Below the pieces are notes generated by a model that searched no databases, had not been told where the DNA came from, and was given only the letters and a program-made list of their open reading frames with translations. Source: the human T2T-CHM13v2.0 reference genome, Homo sapiens. From it: 64,000 bases of DNA. The DNA lies in assembly GCF_009914755.1 (NCBI RefSeq), contig NC_060927.1; one strand, written 5' to 3'. The stretch's first letter is position 1. The number at the start of each line of letters is the position of its first letter. Below, one piece after another: positions 16,290 through 33,602 of this stretch. Both the position numbers and the translations under genes were made by a program.

Positions 16290-16593
16290 GGATGGGCGCG
16301 GTGGCTCACGCCTGTAATCCCAGGACTTTTGGAAGCCAAGGCAGGTGGATCACGAGATCAAGAGATCGAGACCATCCTGGCCAACATGGTGAAACCCATT
16401 CTCTACTAAAATTACAAAAAAAAAAAAAAAAAAAAATTAGCCAGGCAAGGTGGCAAGTGCCTGTAGTCCCAGCTATTAGGGAGGCTGAGGCAGGAAAATC
16501 ACTTGAACCTGGGAGGTGGAGGTTGCAGTGAGGATCACCCCACTGCACACCAGCCTGGGTGACAGAGACTCCATCTCAAAAAAAAAAAAAAAA
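16290..16593 (+). mobile_element. AluS (expanded middle A-run)
   Basis: Full-length Alu; TSD-like aaagataga. Confidence 0.93.
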
Positions 16594-16900
16594 GATAGAA
16601 GTCAAGGGGAAATAGATTCTGGATCAATGAATCTATACTCTAATACTCTAAACTCAAAACTATCTGCAAGTGGGATGTGTGCCTTTATAGGTCCCTGTCA
16701 CTAGTGGTCAAGCAATCAGTGCCATCACGTGTTGGGTGTGATGGCTGAGCTGTTCTTCAGGGACCCATTCCTCAGTCAGTGTCTGCTGTATACATGCAGC
16801 TGCAGAGGACATTTGTGCACTGAGGAGGGCTTTGGGTGTGTTAATATTCTAGAAGAGGTGGAGTAGAGCAGCTATGCAAAGCAAGGAAGAAGGCAGGAGG

Positions 16901-17244
16901 TGTTAAAAGAAAAACTTTAGAGAAAATAAATGTAGCAAAGTTCATCTGAGCAAAGAACCATGTGTGAATTGGACAGCACTCAGAACCAGAAGAGGTTCAG
17001 AGAGCTCTGCTGCCGCAGTGAGGACAGTGAGCTTTTGTAGGCTGAACGTGGAAAGAAGGCTAAGAAAATATATTTTATTAGAGTGGGAAGACCCTAGTTA
17101 GAGGTTAGTTGGTGGTTTCTGATTGGTGAAGCCTCTAGTTACATTTTACTGTTTACATTGATTTGGATTTTGGTTTGCTTATGTAGAAGCTCTGGTTATG
17201 GAGACAACCTCAGGCTAACGGCCTCCTTCTTATTTGCTTTAACA
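16901..17244 (-). mobile_element. Solo ERV1 LTR (MER93/MER4-group-like)
   Basis: TGTTAAA...TTTAACA termini with perfect 4-bp TSD gagg; ccaatcagaaaccaccaactaacctctaactaggg on the minus strand. Confidence 0.8.
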
Positions 17245-17719
17245 GAGGGATGGCAGAGGTAGAAGACAGCAGATATTTGAGGGCCATCACTACTGCCTTG
17301 TACCGTGGGTAACCTGCATGAAGTCTTCTCTGTAGCTTCAGAGCATCTAGATCCGCTGTCATGCCACCAATACACTAAGGCACTTCATTTTCCTCAGGGA
17401 GACTGATGATGTCTTGTTATCTCTTATTAGCATTCCAAGTCTTATCTTATTTTTGAATTCTCAAGGTCCATTTTTGGGCATATAAATTACTGAAGGCAGT
17501 CAGGAAATATTGTTCCATCAGAGCTGGGAGAAAGACTCAACCCTTATCCTGGTCCATTGACCTATTTCCAACCTCAGCTTTGATGACAAAACTCAGCAGA
17601 AGCTTTCTTACAGACTAAGAGCACTTTATAAAACACTGCTTAAAGCTGAAGGAAACCCTCTGAATGACCACCCTTGAATACCTCCTTTACTAAGACCCAT
17701 GATTATCTGGGAGTTAGAA

Positions 17720-17960
17720 TCCATAATAATAGCTGCCACTGTGCACAGTGATTGTGTGCTGGGTGCTTTACATCTATTTTCTCATTTAATTCTCCTAACA
17801 ACTCTATGATAGCAGTCACGCTATGATACAGGTCACACTGGTATTGTTTCACAAATGAATAAACGGGCCTAGAAAATTCAACTAGATTTCCCTAGGTTAG
17901 CAGTGGAGTTGGACTTCAAACCTAGGTCTGTGTAGCTCACAAATGAACACTTATTATGCT
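17720..17960 (-). mobile_element. MIR SINE
   Basis: gtgctttacatctattttctcatttaattctcctaacaactctatga. Confidence 0.75.
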
Positions 17961-18465
17961 TATACCATTTTGCCTCATTAGAATAATAGGAAGTCCTTCC
18001 TTTTTTGGTGAGGAAGAAATTTAGAGATTGGTTACCCTGACTGGTGATACAGAGCAAAGCTATGTACAAATTGCATCAAAGGGTGGCAGATCCCTACATT
18101 CCCATCTAACATCACATCATTCCTAACCTTTTTCCATGTGGATAAGCATGACCTTAGTCAAGTCATTTCTTAGTAAGATAGATTGTTGGTTGCTCGTGAC
18201 TCTCAGTGAAGACCCAGTAATGCCAAGAATCATGGCAGACAGTTAGGGGGAATATGTATCTTCAACTATGGGGCAGTATGGCAAAGATATTGAGGGCCAG
18301 GAATTTGACTACTTTTGAGGAGCGATGACAACTGAGTACAGGAAGTGAGAGGAAGGGAGCATGTACCGTGTATCATTTAATCAACCTTGAGCTTGAGACC
18401 AAAGGGAACATACCCTAAGTTTAACTAGGATGGGTTTATCCAGATATAATGGCATCACATCGTAA

Positions 18466-19430
<965 letters not shown>

Positions 19431-20513
19431 GGGAGGGGATTATAATGGTTATTATATAGGGAGTGCTTATTACTATGTGCAAGGTAATTAACACGAATTG
19501 CCTCATTTTTTCCTCATAATAAAAGAAGTAGGCACTTTTGGGGATACAGACACTGAGAGCAGTTGAGTAGCCTGTCCAAGATCAGACCTTTGAGGAGTGG
19601 AGGAGTTAGGTTTACGCCCAGGAATCCTTGCTCCAGAGTAAACAGTCATGCAGCTGGGTGGAGAAAAATTCCACTAGCTGATCAAGAACATCCGAAAAGC
19701 TCTCATGCTGATAACTCCCAAATATGGATCTCCAGCTCACACCTTCTCCCTGACCTCTAGACTTTCCTATCAGGCTTCCTACTTTACGCTCTGTTTGACA
19801 GTCTCATCTCAAACTCAGAATATCCAAAGCTGAACTCCAGATTTCCTCTGCCCCCAGGTCTGCTCTTCCTTTGTCTCCTCTTTTTCCATTAAAGTAGCAC
19901 CATCCGTCTAGTTGCTTGGGCTCCAACCCTTGGAATCATCCTTGACTCTTCTCTCTCTCACACTCACATCTAAAATATCGGGCATGATTTTCAAAGCACG
20001 TCTAAAATATACCCACTTCTCTGCCTCCACTGCAACCAGCTGGTCTAAGCCATGAGCATCGCTCACTGGGACTGCTGCTGTCTCCTTACTACTATCCCTG
20101 CCCCCTATTCCTGTTCCCACATGGCAGCCTGAGCAATTCTGGCATATTAAGTCAGATCTGGCTGTTCCTCTGCTCAGCCTCCTGCAGCAGCTCCTATTTT
20201 ATTTGCTAAAAGCCAGAGTTCTTGCCAAGACCTCAAAGGCCCTGCCCAGACTCCTCCACCTCCCCGACATCGTTGTTTGTTCCTCCCGGACCCCGTCTCC
20301 ATGTACCCTCTTCCTTGATCCTTTCCTTCCAACCAGTGCACACCAGTGCACTCCTGCCTTGAGCCTTGCCGCAAACACGCTTCCCCAGATATTGTGGGAC
20401 TCATTCCTCCACTATCTGCAACTCTTTGTTCAAATGTCCCCTTCTCAGTGAGTTCTCCTCTGACTGTCCTTTGGAAAATGGAAACCTACCTCAACCCAGT
20501 ACTTCCGATCTCC

Positions 20514-20649
20514 CCTTTCTTTCCTTCCCTTCCTCCCTTCCTTCCTTCCTTCCCTCCCTCCCTCCCTCCCTCCCTCCCTCCTTCCTTCCTTCCTTCCTTC
20601 CTTCCGTCCTTCCTTCCGTCCTTTCTTTCTCTCTTTCTCTGTCTCTCTC

Positions 20650-20660
<11 letters not shown>
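20514..20660. repeat. (CCTT)n/(CCCT)n polypyrimidine tract
   Basis: Seen directly; expanded Alu tail. Confidence 0.95.
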
Positions 20661-20945
<285 letters not shown>

Positions 20946-21239
20946 CTATCCCCCCTTTCTTGTACTCTACTTTGTTCTCTAAGCACTTAGCATCTTTTAA
21001 GATACCAAATAATTTTTTTAATTTGTTATATTTACGGCTCTTAGTGTCTCCCTCTGCTAGTATGTAAAACTCTAAGGGTGTTGATCTTCATCTGGGTTAT
21101 TCACTGTAGTATCCTATGCACTAAGAATTATACTTAGCACTTAGCAAATGTTTAATACATTTTTTTTTTAAAGTGAGTAAGCGTAGAATATAAAGCTTTT
21201 GTGCAGGTCTCTAAAAGTTTTTGAAAGGATATGATCTGA

Positions 21240-21548
21240 GGCTAGGCACTCCCAGCACTTTGGGAAGTCAAGGTGGGTGCATCTTGAGCTCAGAAGTTCG
21301 AGATTAGCCTGGGAAACATGGCAAAACCCCGTCTCTTCAAAAAGTAAAAAAAAAAAAAAAAAATTAGCTGGTCCTGGTGGAGCATGCCTATAGTCCCAGC
21401 TACTCAGGAAGCTGAGGAGGGACGATTGCCTGAGCCTCAGAGGTGGACGTTGCAGTGAGCCGAGATTGCGCCACTGCGCTCCAGCCTGGGTGGCAGAGTG
21501 AGACCCTGTCTCAAAAAAAAAAAAAAGAAAAAAGAAAAAGAAAAAAAG
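21240..21548 (+). mobile_element. AluJ-like, small 5' deletion
   Basis: Diverged Alu with ttgagctcagaagttcgag; A tail. Confidence 0.9.
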
Positions 21549-22862
21549 ACGAGGTCTGGAGTCTGAGGGAGATGTCACTGGGGGCTGGTCATGTGGAAGC
21601 AGGAATCTTCCCCGTGTATGTGGGCATTTCAGGACTGGCAGGAAGCTGGTCCCAGGGGAGGCTAAGCTGGGGAGGATGCCTGAAAGGCATTAGTGGGAGG
21701 GAGTTTGAAAAAGACCCAGAGACGCCTGTTTGAAATAAGTATTGGAAAGGACTCTTTAGATTTTGCAATTAGAAAGGCAGTTTCAGTGGAATGATGTGAA
21801 CCGACTTCAGTTATTTGAGGAACCAGTAGAAAGTGGGGAAGTGTAAGCAAGTCAAGAGACCCCGCCATAAGGAAGCAGAGATTAGGTTGCCGTTTGAGGA
21901 AGTGATTTGTTTGAGGTATTTTTTTTTAGCTCCACAAAATATCATGTTTCGGGTGTGAGTAGGGATGGGGTAAATGACACACTAAGCTAATAACATCCAA
22001 ACCAGCTTGTGAAACATCGTGCAAGTTATATCTGGTTCATACCAAAGAGTCGCTACTCAGTCCAGGCCTCTATCATGCCTGGCACATAGTGTTGAATATT
22101 GTATTCAATAAATATTCAACAGTAAATATTTGTTGAATACAGTATTAAATACTATAGAATTTAGACAGGTCCCTGTATCAACAACAGCAACAATGACCAC
22201 CACCACCACCACCACCACCACAACAAAATAACAAGAATGTCCAATGTAGGGGGTTGCTTTTTGATCCACTTGCCTTTGGCTAGTGGTGTCTTTCTCTCCT
22301 TAGCGCCATATTCTTCAGCACTTTTCGGCAGCTGTATGTGGTTCTATTTTGGTCTCCTCTTTACTGCACGGCGATTATGTTTTCAAGAGGCAAATCTTCA
22401 GGGTGACTAGAGTGACACGTTATCTGAGTTCTGGATGGAGGTAAAGGAATATCACGGTGAGTCTGGGGAAGCAAGGGGACAAGAGAGTTGGCCAAATGAG
22501 GCGGAAAGACCCCAGACTTGCGATCAGAAGAACCTGATGTCAAATCAGATGCATCTTATAGCAAGTCGAGCCACCTCTCTGAAACTTGAATTTAAATGAT
22601 CTAAGGTCATTTCCTTTGGATTTTATAGAAAGAATAGTGTCAGGAGAAAAAGAAAAACAAGGAACCATGACTTGCTAAACATACTCAGAACCAAAGGTTT
22701 TCTTTCTTTCCTTTTAAAAAAAAAGTGATATACAGTGAATACAGGCTTAGTTCCCTAATGGTGGCAAATGATGTAATGTTCACAGATGTCCTGGGGGAAA
22801 ACAGAACAATCAACTTCTATTTTACTCTTACCATTTCTGAGAGAAGTCAGGCAGACTGCATA

Positions 22863-23013
22863 GGAAAGGAAGGAAAGAAAGAAGGAAGGGAGGGAGGGAG
22901 GAAGAAAGAGAAAGAGAGACAGGGAGGGAGGGAGGGAGGGAAGGAAAGAAAAGGAAAGAAAGCAAGGAAGGAAGGAAGAAAGGAAAGAAAGGAAGAAAGA
23001 AAGAAGAAAGAAA
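22863..23013. repeat. GA-rich (GGAA/GAAA)n low-complexity tract
   Basis: Seen directly. Confidence 0.95.
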
Positions 23014-23929
23014 AGCCCCTAAGGTTAGTAAGTATCTTATGTCCCTGGAACTACGCTAGGCACATACATACCTTACCACCTTCCTTATCCAGTGAAGGGT
23101 GTTACATCAGTGTTTTAGGTAACCTACCCAAGGTCCACAGCTAACAATGGGGAGAGAGGATACAACAAGCCTTTGGGGGAGAAAATTGAAGCCCACGGCC
23201 CACAAGAAATAAAGCCAAGAAATGTAGTTGCTTAAAGTCAGCCAGATTCCCCAGCACCCAGCATAGTGTCTTATTCTTAGGAGAATTTGAGAAATATTTA
23301 TTTATCTAAGGGATGGTTGGTTGGTTGAACGAATTACCTGAGGAAACCTGAAAATGTTTTTTGCTGAAGTGCTGTTGAAGGTCCTCAAGATCTTACGGAG
23401 ATGGGAGAAACCTAGGGGGAGAGAAATAAAATTTAAATTTTCAAAAGGAATAATTATAAACCAACTGTATCAGGCAGTAACTGAGTTGACCTATGGAAAA
23501 TGCATAGCACATGGTAGTACTCAACAAGTGATAACTATGATATTTAAGGGAATTATTATTATCATTAAATAAATATGTTTCTGCTGCTGCTTCTTATGCT
23601 AGAACTTGAGACACAGAGTTATTGGGGCTCGTATTTAAAAGCACTTTAGTTTTTCTGTATGCATAATATCCCATGGTGTAAGGTAACCTCTTTTCCAGTT
23701 GGCAGTCATGCCTAGCTTCTCATACCTCTGCTTTAGTTCCTGTTTGTGGTGTCGGCACAGTAAAATTTATATATGGCCATATAGCCTATATGTTAAAGAC
23801 CATCCCAAGTATCTCCTCAGTGGTCAGGCATTTTTGTATGATACAGAAGCATACACTTTAATTGACATTGGTTGTGGTGGTAATTAACTTAAAACTCTTC
23901 GATTAGACAGTGAACATCTTTGTATCCTC

Positions 23930-25285
<1,356 letters not shown>

Positions 25286-25791
25286 GTGTGTTGCTAGACC
25301 TCACAGAGCATGAAGCCCTATGCACCATGTTCGAGGGAACCTGGATAACATTGTTGGCAGGCTAGTGGGAGCTGGCAGAAAGCTTGAGCTTTGGATGCAA
25401 AGCTAATGATTAAAAGCTTTGTGTATTTGACTTGCTGTCAGCATAGAGAACATATCAATTTGAGTTTATGTAAGATAATTAGTATTCCAAGGTGCCCACC
25501 AGGTAGCATTTACTATTTGAAAAATAGCAGAATAACTGAGGGCATTTGATTTTGCATGTCTTCTCCCAAGGGATCTCAGGGACCCTGTGGACCTCCTGGA
25601 TGTCCTTCCAGCACTGCTCCAGCAAGGTCCCGGTCAACACTCTTACTTCACAGGAACCCTTCCTTATCCACCCTTATCTGTAGGGGCAGTCTTTCCTCTG
25701 GGTGCTGTAGCCACAAGCTTTGGAGTTAGATGAGTTGGTTTGAATCCTAGCTCTGTACCAGCTCCATGACCTTGGGCAAGTGGCTTAGTTC

Positions 25792-26305
<514 letters not shown>

Positions 26306-26457
26306 TGAGGAGAGTTCTCTACCTCACCTCAACCCCAGCCGCCTTCTCCCATCCCTCCCTCTTAGACCAATCCCTTCCTACAGGATGTTCTTTTTTTTTT
26401 TTTTTTTGATTTCCTCTAAAAAATTTCAATAAAGAAAATAAAGCAGGAGGTAGAAAG

Positions 26458-26571
26458 CAGGAGAATCGCTTGAACCCGGGAGGCAGAGGTTGCAGTGAGC
26501 CGAGATCGTACCATTGCGCTCCGGCCTGGTCAACAAGAGCAAAACTTCATCTCAAAAAAGAAAAAAAAAAA
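26458..26571 (+). mobile_element. 5'-truncated Alu right arm
   Basis: caggagaatcgcttgaacccgggagg...A tail. Confidence 0.9.
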
Positions 26572-27859
26572 GGATATAAACCAGCTTCTGGCATTACCCA
26601 GGAGCAGCTGACCTAGATGCTTGTTCCAGTAAGTTCTCCTCACTCCCTCTCATGCTTGTCCGCCTCCCCACCTCCTCCACCCCTGCTTCCAGGCTGTCTG
26701 CAGACCGCTGGGCCGGGTTTCACAGTATTGGCGTGAATCAGCTTGCCAGGCTTCTACCCTTTGTGCTTGGTGGTAGCTAACTGACTTTTTTCTTTTTCTC
26801 ATGTGGTCAGGATTTTTCCACTGAAGCATTTCTTTTATGATGTGGGAGAGACAGATAGCACCTGGCTAGTTGCCTTCTTTTGGACTTGCTGTGATTTGAC
26901 TTTTCAGCCAGGCCAGGTATTTATTTTCCCTTGGGTGGAGTGTGGTTCTCCCAGAGATGCCTCATTCATGATTCATTTGTTCAGGGCATACAAAAGGCAT
27001 TTCTTAGGACCTAACCTGGGCCTAGCGGTGTGGTAGGTGCCTGGGCTTCAGAGAAGGCTAGGATGGTTGCTAATTCTCTGAAAGGTCATGCCCTAATAGA
27101 GGAAACGGACATAGAAACTGTGAGGGGCGCTGTCTTGGGGTCTGTACAGGGTGCTGTGGGAGCACAGGGAAGGGTTCCTAACTCACACTGGGGATCAGGG
27201 AGGCTTTGGCTCCTGATACTAAATGACCTCTTATTTGATACACTTTTTATGTCAGACTTGCTGGTTCTTTCCACACATTGAGTCAAAGGGTGTCTCTGGT
27301 TCCTCCCTGGATGGACTGATACAGGCCATTTCACTCACTCTCCCAAGGGTTTATCTCCTCTGGCCTCTCCGAGTCTCACCTGGAGGTGTGTGTTCCTGTG
27401 GCGTGGGTTCCTTGGGAGCGTGGGTGATTCACCGGCTGGCCTCATCCCATACTGATCCTCTGGGGTGATCCCTATTCACCTTGTCTCCTTTGCTGTCATA
27501 ACTCCACTGCTGGGGGCAGAGGTGGAGATGTTGAGCTTGTGGGCAGGAATAAGTTCCACTGAGCCACAGAGCTTGACTCTGCTCACCTTCCCACAATAGA
27601 ACTCAGAGTTGGAATCCTTTCCCCAGCCACCTCCCCTCCCATCTGAGGACAGAGGGTAACCTGCCCGTCATCTCTGGGGTTATCTCCAATTTTCAGTCTC
27701 CCTCATCTCCAGCTGACCTCCCATATGGCCAAATCGATCCTGAGGTTGGGAATCCAGTTCTTCAAACTGAGCCCTTCAGACTCTGCTGTGGTACGTGAAA
27801 ACAGTTTCAGTATCCCGCCATAAATACCTTCCAAAATTCTAAATGTAGTACATGACCAT

Positions 27860-28210
27860 TGATATGGTTTGGCTGTGTCCCACCCAGAATCTCATCTTGA
27901 ATTGTAATCCCCATATGTCAAGGGAGAGACCAGGTGGAGGGAATTGAATCATGGGGGCTGTTTCCCCCATGCTGTTCTCATGATAGTGAGTGAGTTCTCA
28001 CAAGATCTGATGGTATTTTAAGTGTTTGGTACTTCCTCCTGCTGCCTTGTGAGGAAGGTGCCTTGCTTCCCCTTTGCCTTGCACCATGATTGTAAGTTTC
28101 CTGAGGCCTCCCAAGCCATGTGGAACTGCAAGTCAATTAAAACTCTTTCCTTTATAAATTACCCAGTCTCCGGCAGTTCTCACACAGAAGTGTGAGAATG
28201 GACTAATACA
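27860..28210 (+). mobile_element. THE1D-like MaLR solo LTR
   Basis: TGATATGGTTTGGCTGTGTCCC...GACTAATACA; TSD accat/atcat. Confidence 0.9.
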
Positions 28211-28214
28211 ATCA

Positions 28215-28553
<339 letters not shown>

Positions 28554-29296
28554 TATTTGAGGCCTACTTTTTTGAGAACAGAAAAGCAAATTAGACGTGG
28601 TCCTTGCCCCTAAGGTGCTCACAGTCCACTATCTATCTAGGTCAGATATTTTCCACTGCTGGTCAGTGTTTATGAGGCAAACTGTTTACTAACTTGCCTA
28701 ACACTGCCTGTCCCGTGCAGTTCTTCCTGGATTGACGGCAGCTAGATCCTGTGACAGAGGACAGCTGTTCCCCGCTCCCTCCCATCACTCCCCTCCTCTG
28801 TCTCCTGGCCATAGCTGTGGGCTGCAACTCTGACTTGAGTGTTTGTGTCCCTAGTGCGTTTAGCTTCGGGTGGGGGCTGCCTTTGCAGGTACTCGATAAA
28901 CACCTGCATGGGGAGTTGAAATAACAAGTTCTTAAAGGAATCTAATTCGAGGGCACACTGCTGGTGGGCCCTGTTTGGTGGCCCTTGGGCTGAGCACATG
29001 CTTTGATAGTTCACTCTCAGAAACATCCAGTCTGGTTCTTAAGTGGCCAGAATGACCCGATGGAGTTAAGATTTCCCGTTTTTGGCATAGGGTCACCTGT
29101 ACGTCTTTCATTCTAAACAAAAAAGTCAAGCATGTCTTGTCCTGTTCTCTCAAGCGTGTTAGCGAGATGGAAGACATAATGGTGGCCAGAGAAGCTGGAA
29201 GCAAAACTAAACAGAGGTGCAGATTTGCAGAAGCTACCCCTTGGCATCACGGGGTGCAGTTTTTCTCTGCTTCTCAGTTAGATAACTTGACAGAGT

Positions 29297-29297
29297 T

Positions 29298-29340
<43 letters not shown>

Positions 29341-29342
29341 TA
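29297..29342. repeat. (TTTA)n microsatellite
   Basis: Seen directly. Confidence 0.95.
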
Positions 29343-30349
29343 TGTTTTAGAAAACTAAGAGGCCTAGGTAAATAACTGTGCCTTAAAGCCCTTCTTTCCA
29401 ACCAGGAGTAGCAGCATGCTAGAAAAGAAAAGGGTGGGCCTGGGAAACTAGATTTGAATTTTGGTTTTGTCACTTTCTAGCTGTGTGGTCTTTCGAAAAT
29501 CATTTGATTCCTCTGAGCTTCAGCCTCTTCACCTGTAAAATAATCAACCCACAGCATTACTCAGAAGATTTACAATAAAAGAGAAAACCTAGCACATTAC
29601 GTTATGTAAGCGATACTTATAACAATGATGATAATGATAATAATCATCATCATAATAACAATTGAATGGTGGGCTCTCTGCTGCTGCATGTAGGTAGACA
29701 TGGCTCTACTTCGTCATCAGAGAGGGTCTCTGTGGCCTGAAGCACTCGGCAGGCTCCTTGCCTTCCACATATTTCTATGTGTTGGGATGAGATTGTCTTC
29801 AATCCTTAAATATCAACTAGTAGAAGCCTAGTACAGCTTCACCTTGGAGGAGAAAAATATGTCGATTCAGCTCTACTCAGCAACTTTTTTAAAGTGGAGA
29901 GATTGAGAGAGAAAGAGAGAGTAATTGAAATAATGCCCACAGTTCTGACAGCCTCTTGATCAGCTGAAAGCCCACAAGTGCAGGTGGGGAGACATGAATT
30001 CGAGTTCTCTCAGTCTCTGTAGGGTGAGCAGCTTGTTGGTCCAGGTGTGATCCCAGTATTTAAATGTTTGTCTTTTTAGTGTAACATGGTAGTAAACTGA
30101 AGACAATTACTTCTTCTGGTGCACATCCTGATCCCTTTCAGGGCTGGAGTCTAACACAGCTGTGTTAGATTCACTGAGTGAATTTTATATGAGTGTTCAG
30201 GGCTGTATAAACAGACCATATATTCTGTATTTCATAGGTGATTCAAAGTGGGGGGACTTTTTGTTTGTTTAACTTTCATTTACTGCACATGAATAGTCAT
30301 ACAAAATAAGATGTTATTTTAACTGACTTCAAATTCAGCTGTTTATTTT

Positions 30350-30950
30350 TTCATTTTTGCTGTAGATATTTCAGTATGTATATTTAAAAGATAGAGACCC
30401 TTTAAAAATAGGCCGGGGCGCAGTGACTCACACCTGTAATCTCAGCACTTTGGGTGGCCAAGGCGGCCAAGGAGTTTGAGACCAGCCTGGCCAACATGAT
30501 GAAACTCCGTTTCTACTAAAAACACAAAATTTAGCCAGGCATGGTGGGCGCCTGTAATCTCAGCTACTTAGGAAGCTGAGGCAGGGGAATCGCTTGAACC
30601 CAGGAGGCGGAGGTTGTAGTGAGCCAAGATCACGCCACTGCACACTCCAGCCTGAGCAGCAGAGTGAGACTCCCTCTCAAAAACAAAAAAAAAAGAGACC
30701 CTTTAAAAATAAAAACTACAAGATACTATTATCACATTCAAATAAGTAAGTAAGTAAGTATTCCTTAATACCAGATATGGAGTCAATATTCAATTTTCCT
30801 CAATTATTATATATATATGTGTGTATGTGTATATATTAGTGTTTGAGTGTATGTATATAGATATGGGTGTGTATAGTTTTAAAATAGTTTGTGTATTCAA
30901 ATTAGGATCCAGATAAAATCCAAGTGCAATAGATTGATAAGACCTTTAAG
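30350..30950 (-). mobile_element. Old L1 (L1MC/ME-type) 3' fragment split by an Alu
   Basis: atatttcagtatgtatatttaaaagata, ttccttaatacc..agtcaatattcaattttcc, aattaggatccagataa. Confidence 0.55.
30411..30694 (+). mobile_element. AluS with internal deletion
   Basis: 18-bp TSD agagaccctttaaaaata (30393-30410 / 30694-30711). Confidence 0.95.
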
Positions 30951-30962
30951 ATTGTTAAAATG

Positions 30963-31613
<651 letters not shown>

Positions 31614-32192
31614 TCAATAACTTCCCACGGGAGGGGACACTGATTTGAAATATAATCTTTGGGTGAGGTGTGTGGCTGCCCTGTCTCTGTATAGGTAGAC
31701 ACAGGCCCACAGGTGCAGTGGCCATATTATCGGTGCGTGTTTACTCCCATCGCATGTACCATTCCTCTCACAAACACCTGCTTCCTGATCATTTGTCTTT
31801 TTAAATAAAAATATGATATTTGAGATTCTTTTATTCTCTTTAAATATTTGAATACAGAGTCTATTTGAAGGACCAGTATATTGAATAGCAGTAATATTTG
31901 AAGGACTAGTCAGCTGTAGAAGCCTTGACTTCAGATCTTCACCCAAGAAACTCTGTGTATTTGCTTTTCCTGGGCCACTCAGATAGACAATTGTGTTTTT
32001 GATACAGTAAGAGTTTGCAGCTTAGCTTAACTAGAAATAATCCGGATCTTATTTTGGAATTAGGAAGAAACATGTTATGATGTAGAGAAGCCTGCTCTGT
32101 TACCTACGTGATGGCATAGCTTTGTGCTTTTCATGCTGTGTGGCCTTGGAAGGGGGTAGATAGAGTGTAGGTGGTTAGGAGTTGTTTCCTGG

Positions 32193-32202
32193 CTAAAAAT
32201 AG
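32193..32202. promoter_or_regulatory. Consensus MEF2 site CTAAAAATAG
   Basis: Exact match to YTA(A/T)4TAR in repeat-free DNA with nearby E-boxes; function not shown. Confidence 0.35.
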
Positions 32203-32499
32203 GAACAGCATACTGTGAGACAGGAGCTTCTTCTCTCACAAGCCTCTGTGCAAATAGCGGAGGGTTACGCATTTGCTGCAGGTGGTACTTAAGCTCCAAG
32301 AACTTACGGCACACCTGCTTGAGTGGATCATGGGTGAGCTGGAGAACCTGAAGTAGCAAAGGCAAGAAGGCAACGACGTTCCATCTGTGGAAGGACCTAC
32401 CAACCAGGTATCTCTGGTGACAGGGCTCATCTCATAGGTGGCCCACTGTACATCATACCCTGATGTTTTCTTTGCATGACGTGCTATAGAATTCCAGGC

Positions 32500-32740
32500 T
32501 CATGCACACCTTTCTGCTCTCCTGTTTTGCAAATGTCTGCACTCTAGAGTCCTTCCTGTTGGCCACTACATACGTGTCCCCCGCTTCTTGCCCCTCTCTG
32601 CTTGGGTCCCTGCTACACTGGTATCCTGCACTTTCCACCTTGTATTGCCAGTTTGTTTCCAAGGCCATCTCCACTTTGAGCTTGTTCATGACCACCTCAC
32701 ACAGCACACTTGGTCTGTGTGGTGGTTTGAGGGGTTCTGT
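32500..32740 (+). mobile_element. Degenerate L2 3' region
   Basis: tgcactttccaccttgtattgccagtttgtttcc...tgagctt resembles the L2 3' UTR. Confidence 0.5.
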
Positions 32741-33216
32741 CTGTACACTGTGCTTTGGCTGTGTTGGAGGCGGGCAGGTGGGAAGGAAGAAATGTATTCT
32801 TGGGGAGATTTGTTTTTAGAGACATGAGACATGGAAAATAGTTAAGTAATAATATAATATGGGAGGCATGGACTATCAGAGGAGGCAGGCAGGACTGCCC
32901 AACCTCCTCACTGGGCACGTTACGCTACTTCCTCCTGACCTCTATAGTCCTTTGCATTTATCAAGCACTGTCATACGTGTTATCTCATGCAATGACCAGG
33001 GTGTCACCCCCTGTTTTGTAAGTGACAAAACTGTCACTCAGAGGGATGAAATGACATGCTAAAGGTCATCTAGTTAGTAATGGTGGAATCAGGGCTGGAG
33101 CCCAGTCTTCTAAGCCTAGTTCCTATTCTGCTCTTCATCATCTGTCTCAGGATGGTAAACTGAGGCCTGGAAAGGAGAAGGAACTCACCCAGCCTAAAGA
33201 TTAAGGGTTTTATGCT

Positions 33217-33506
33217 GGCCACGGTGGCTCATGCCTCCCAACATTTTGAGAGGCTGAGGTGGGAGGATTGCTTGAGTCCAGGAGTTTGAGCCCAGCCTGG
33301 GCAACATAGTAAGACCCTGTCTTTACAAAAAATAAAAAAAAATAGCCAGGTGTGGTAGCACACACCAGTAGTCACGGCTACTCAGGAGGCTGAGGCGAGA
33401 GGATCACTTGAGCCTGCGAGATCGAGGCTGCAGTGAGCCGCAACGGAATCATTGCGCTCCAGCCTAGGACAGAGTGAGACTCTGTCTCAAAAAGAAAAAA
33501 AAAAAA
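33217..33506 (+). mobile_element. AluJ
   Basis: gggaggattgcttgagtccaggag J-type diagnostic. Confidence 0.92.
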
Positions 33507-33602
33507 GATTTTAGACAGTGCTGACCATATTGAGACAATGCTGACTGGTGAGTGGGGACGGAGAAATAAAGAACTAACATTGTGCAGAACTGTGTTCTCA
33601 GC

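Noticed and set aside
32075-32815. Minus-strand frame of ~247 codons with only two internal stops
   Set aside because: The upstream half lies in a degenerate L2, several frames are open here, and no family is recognised.
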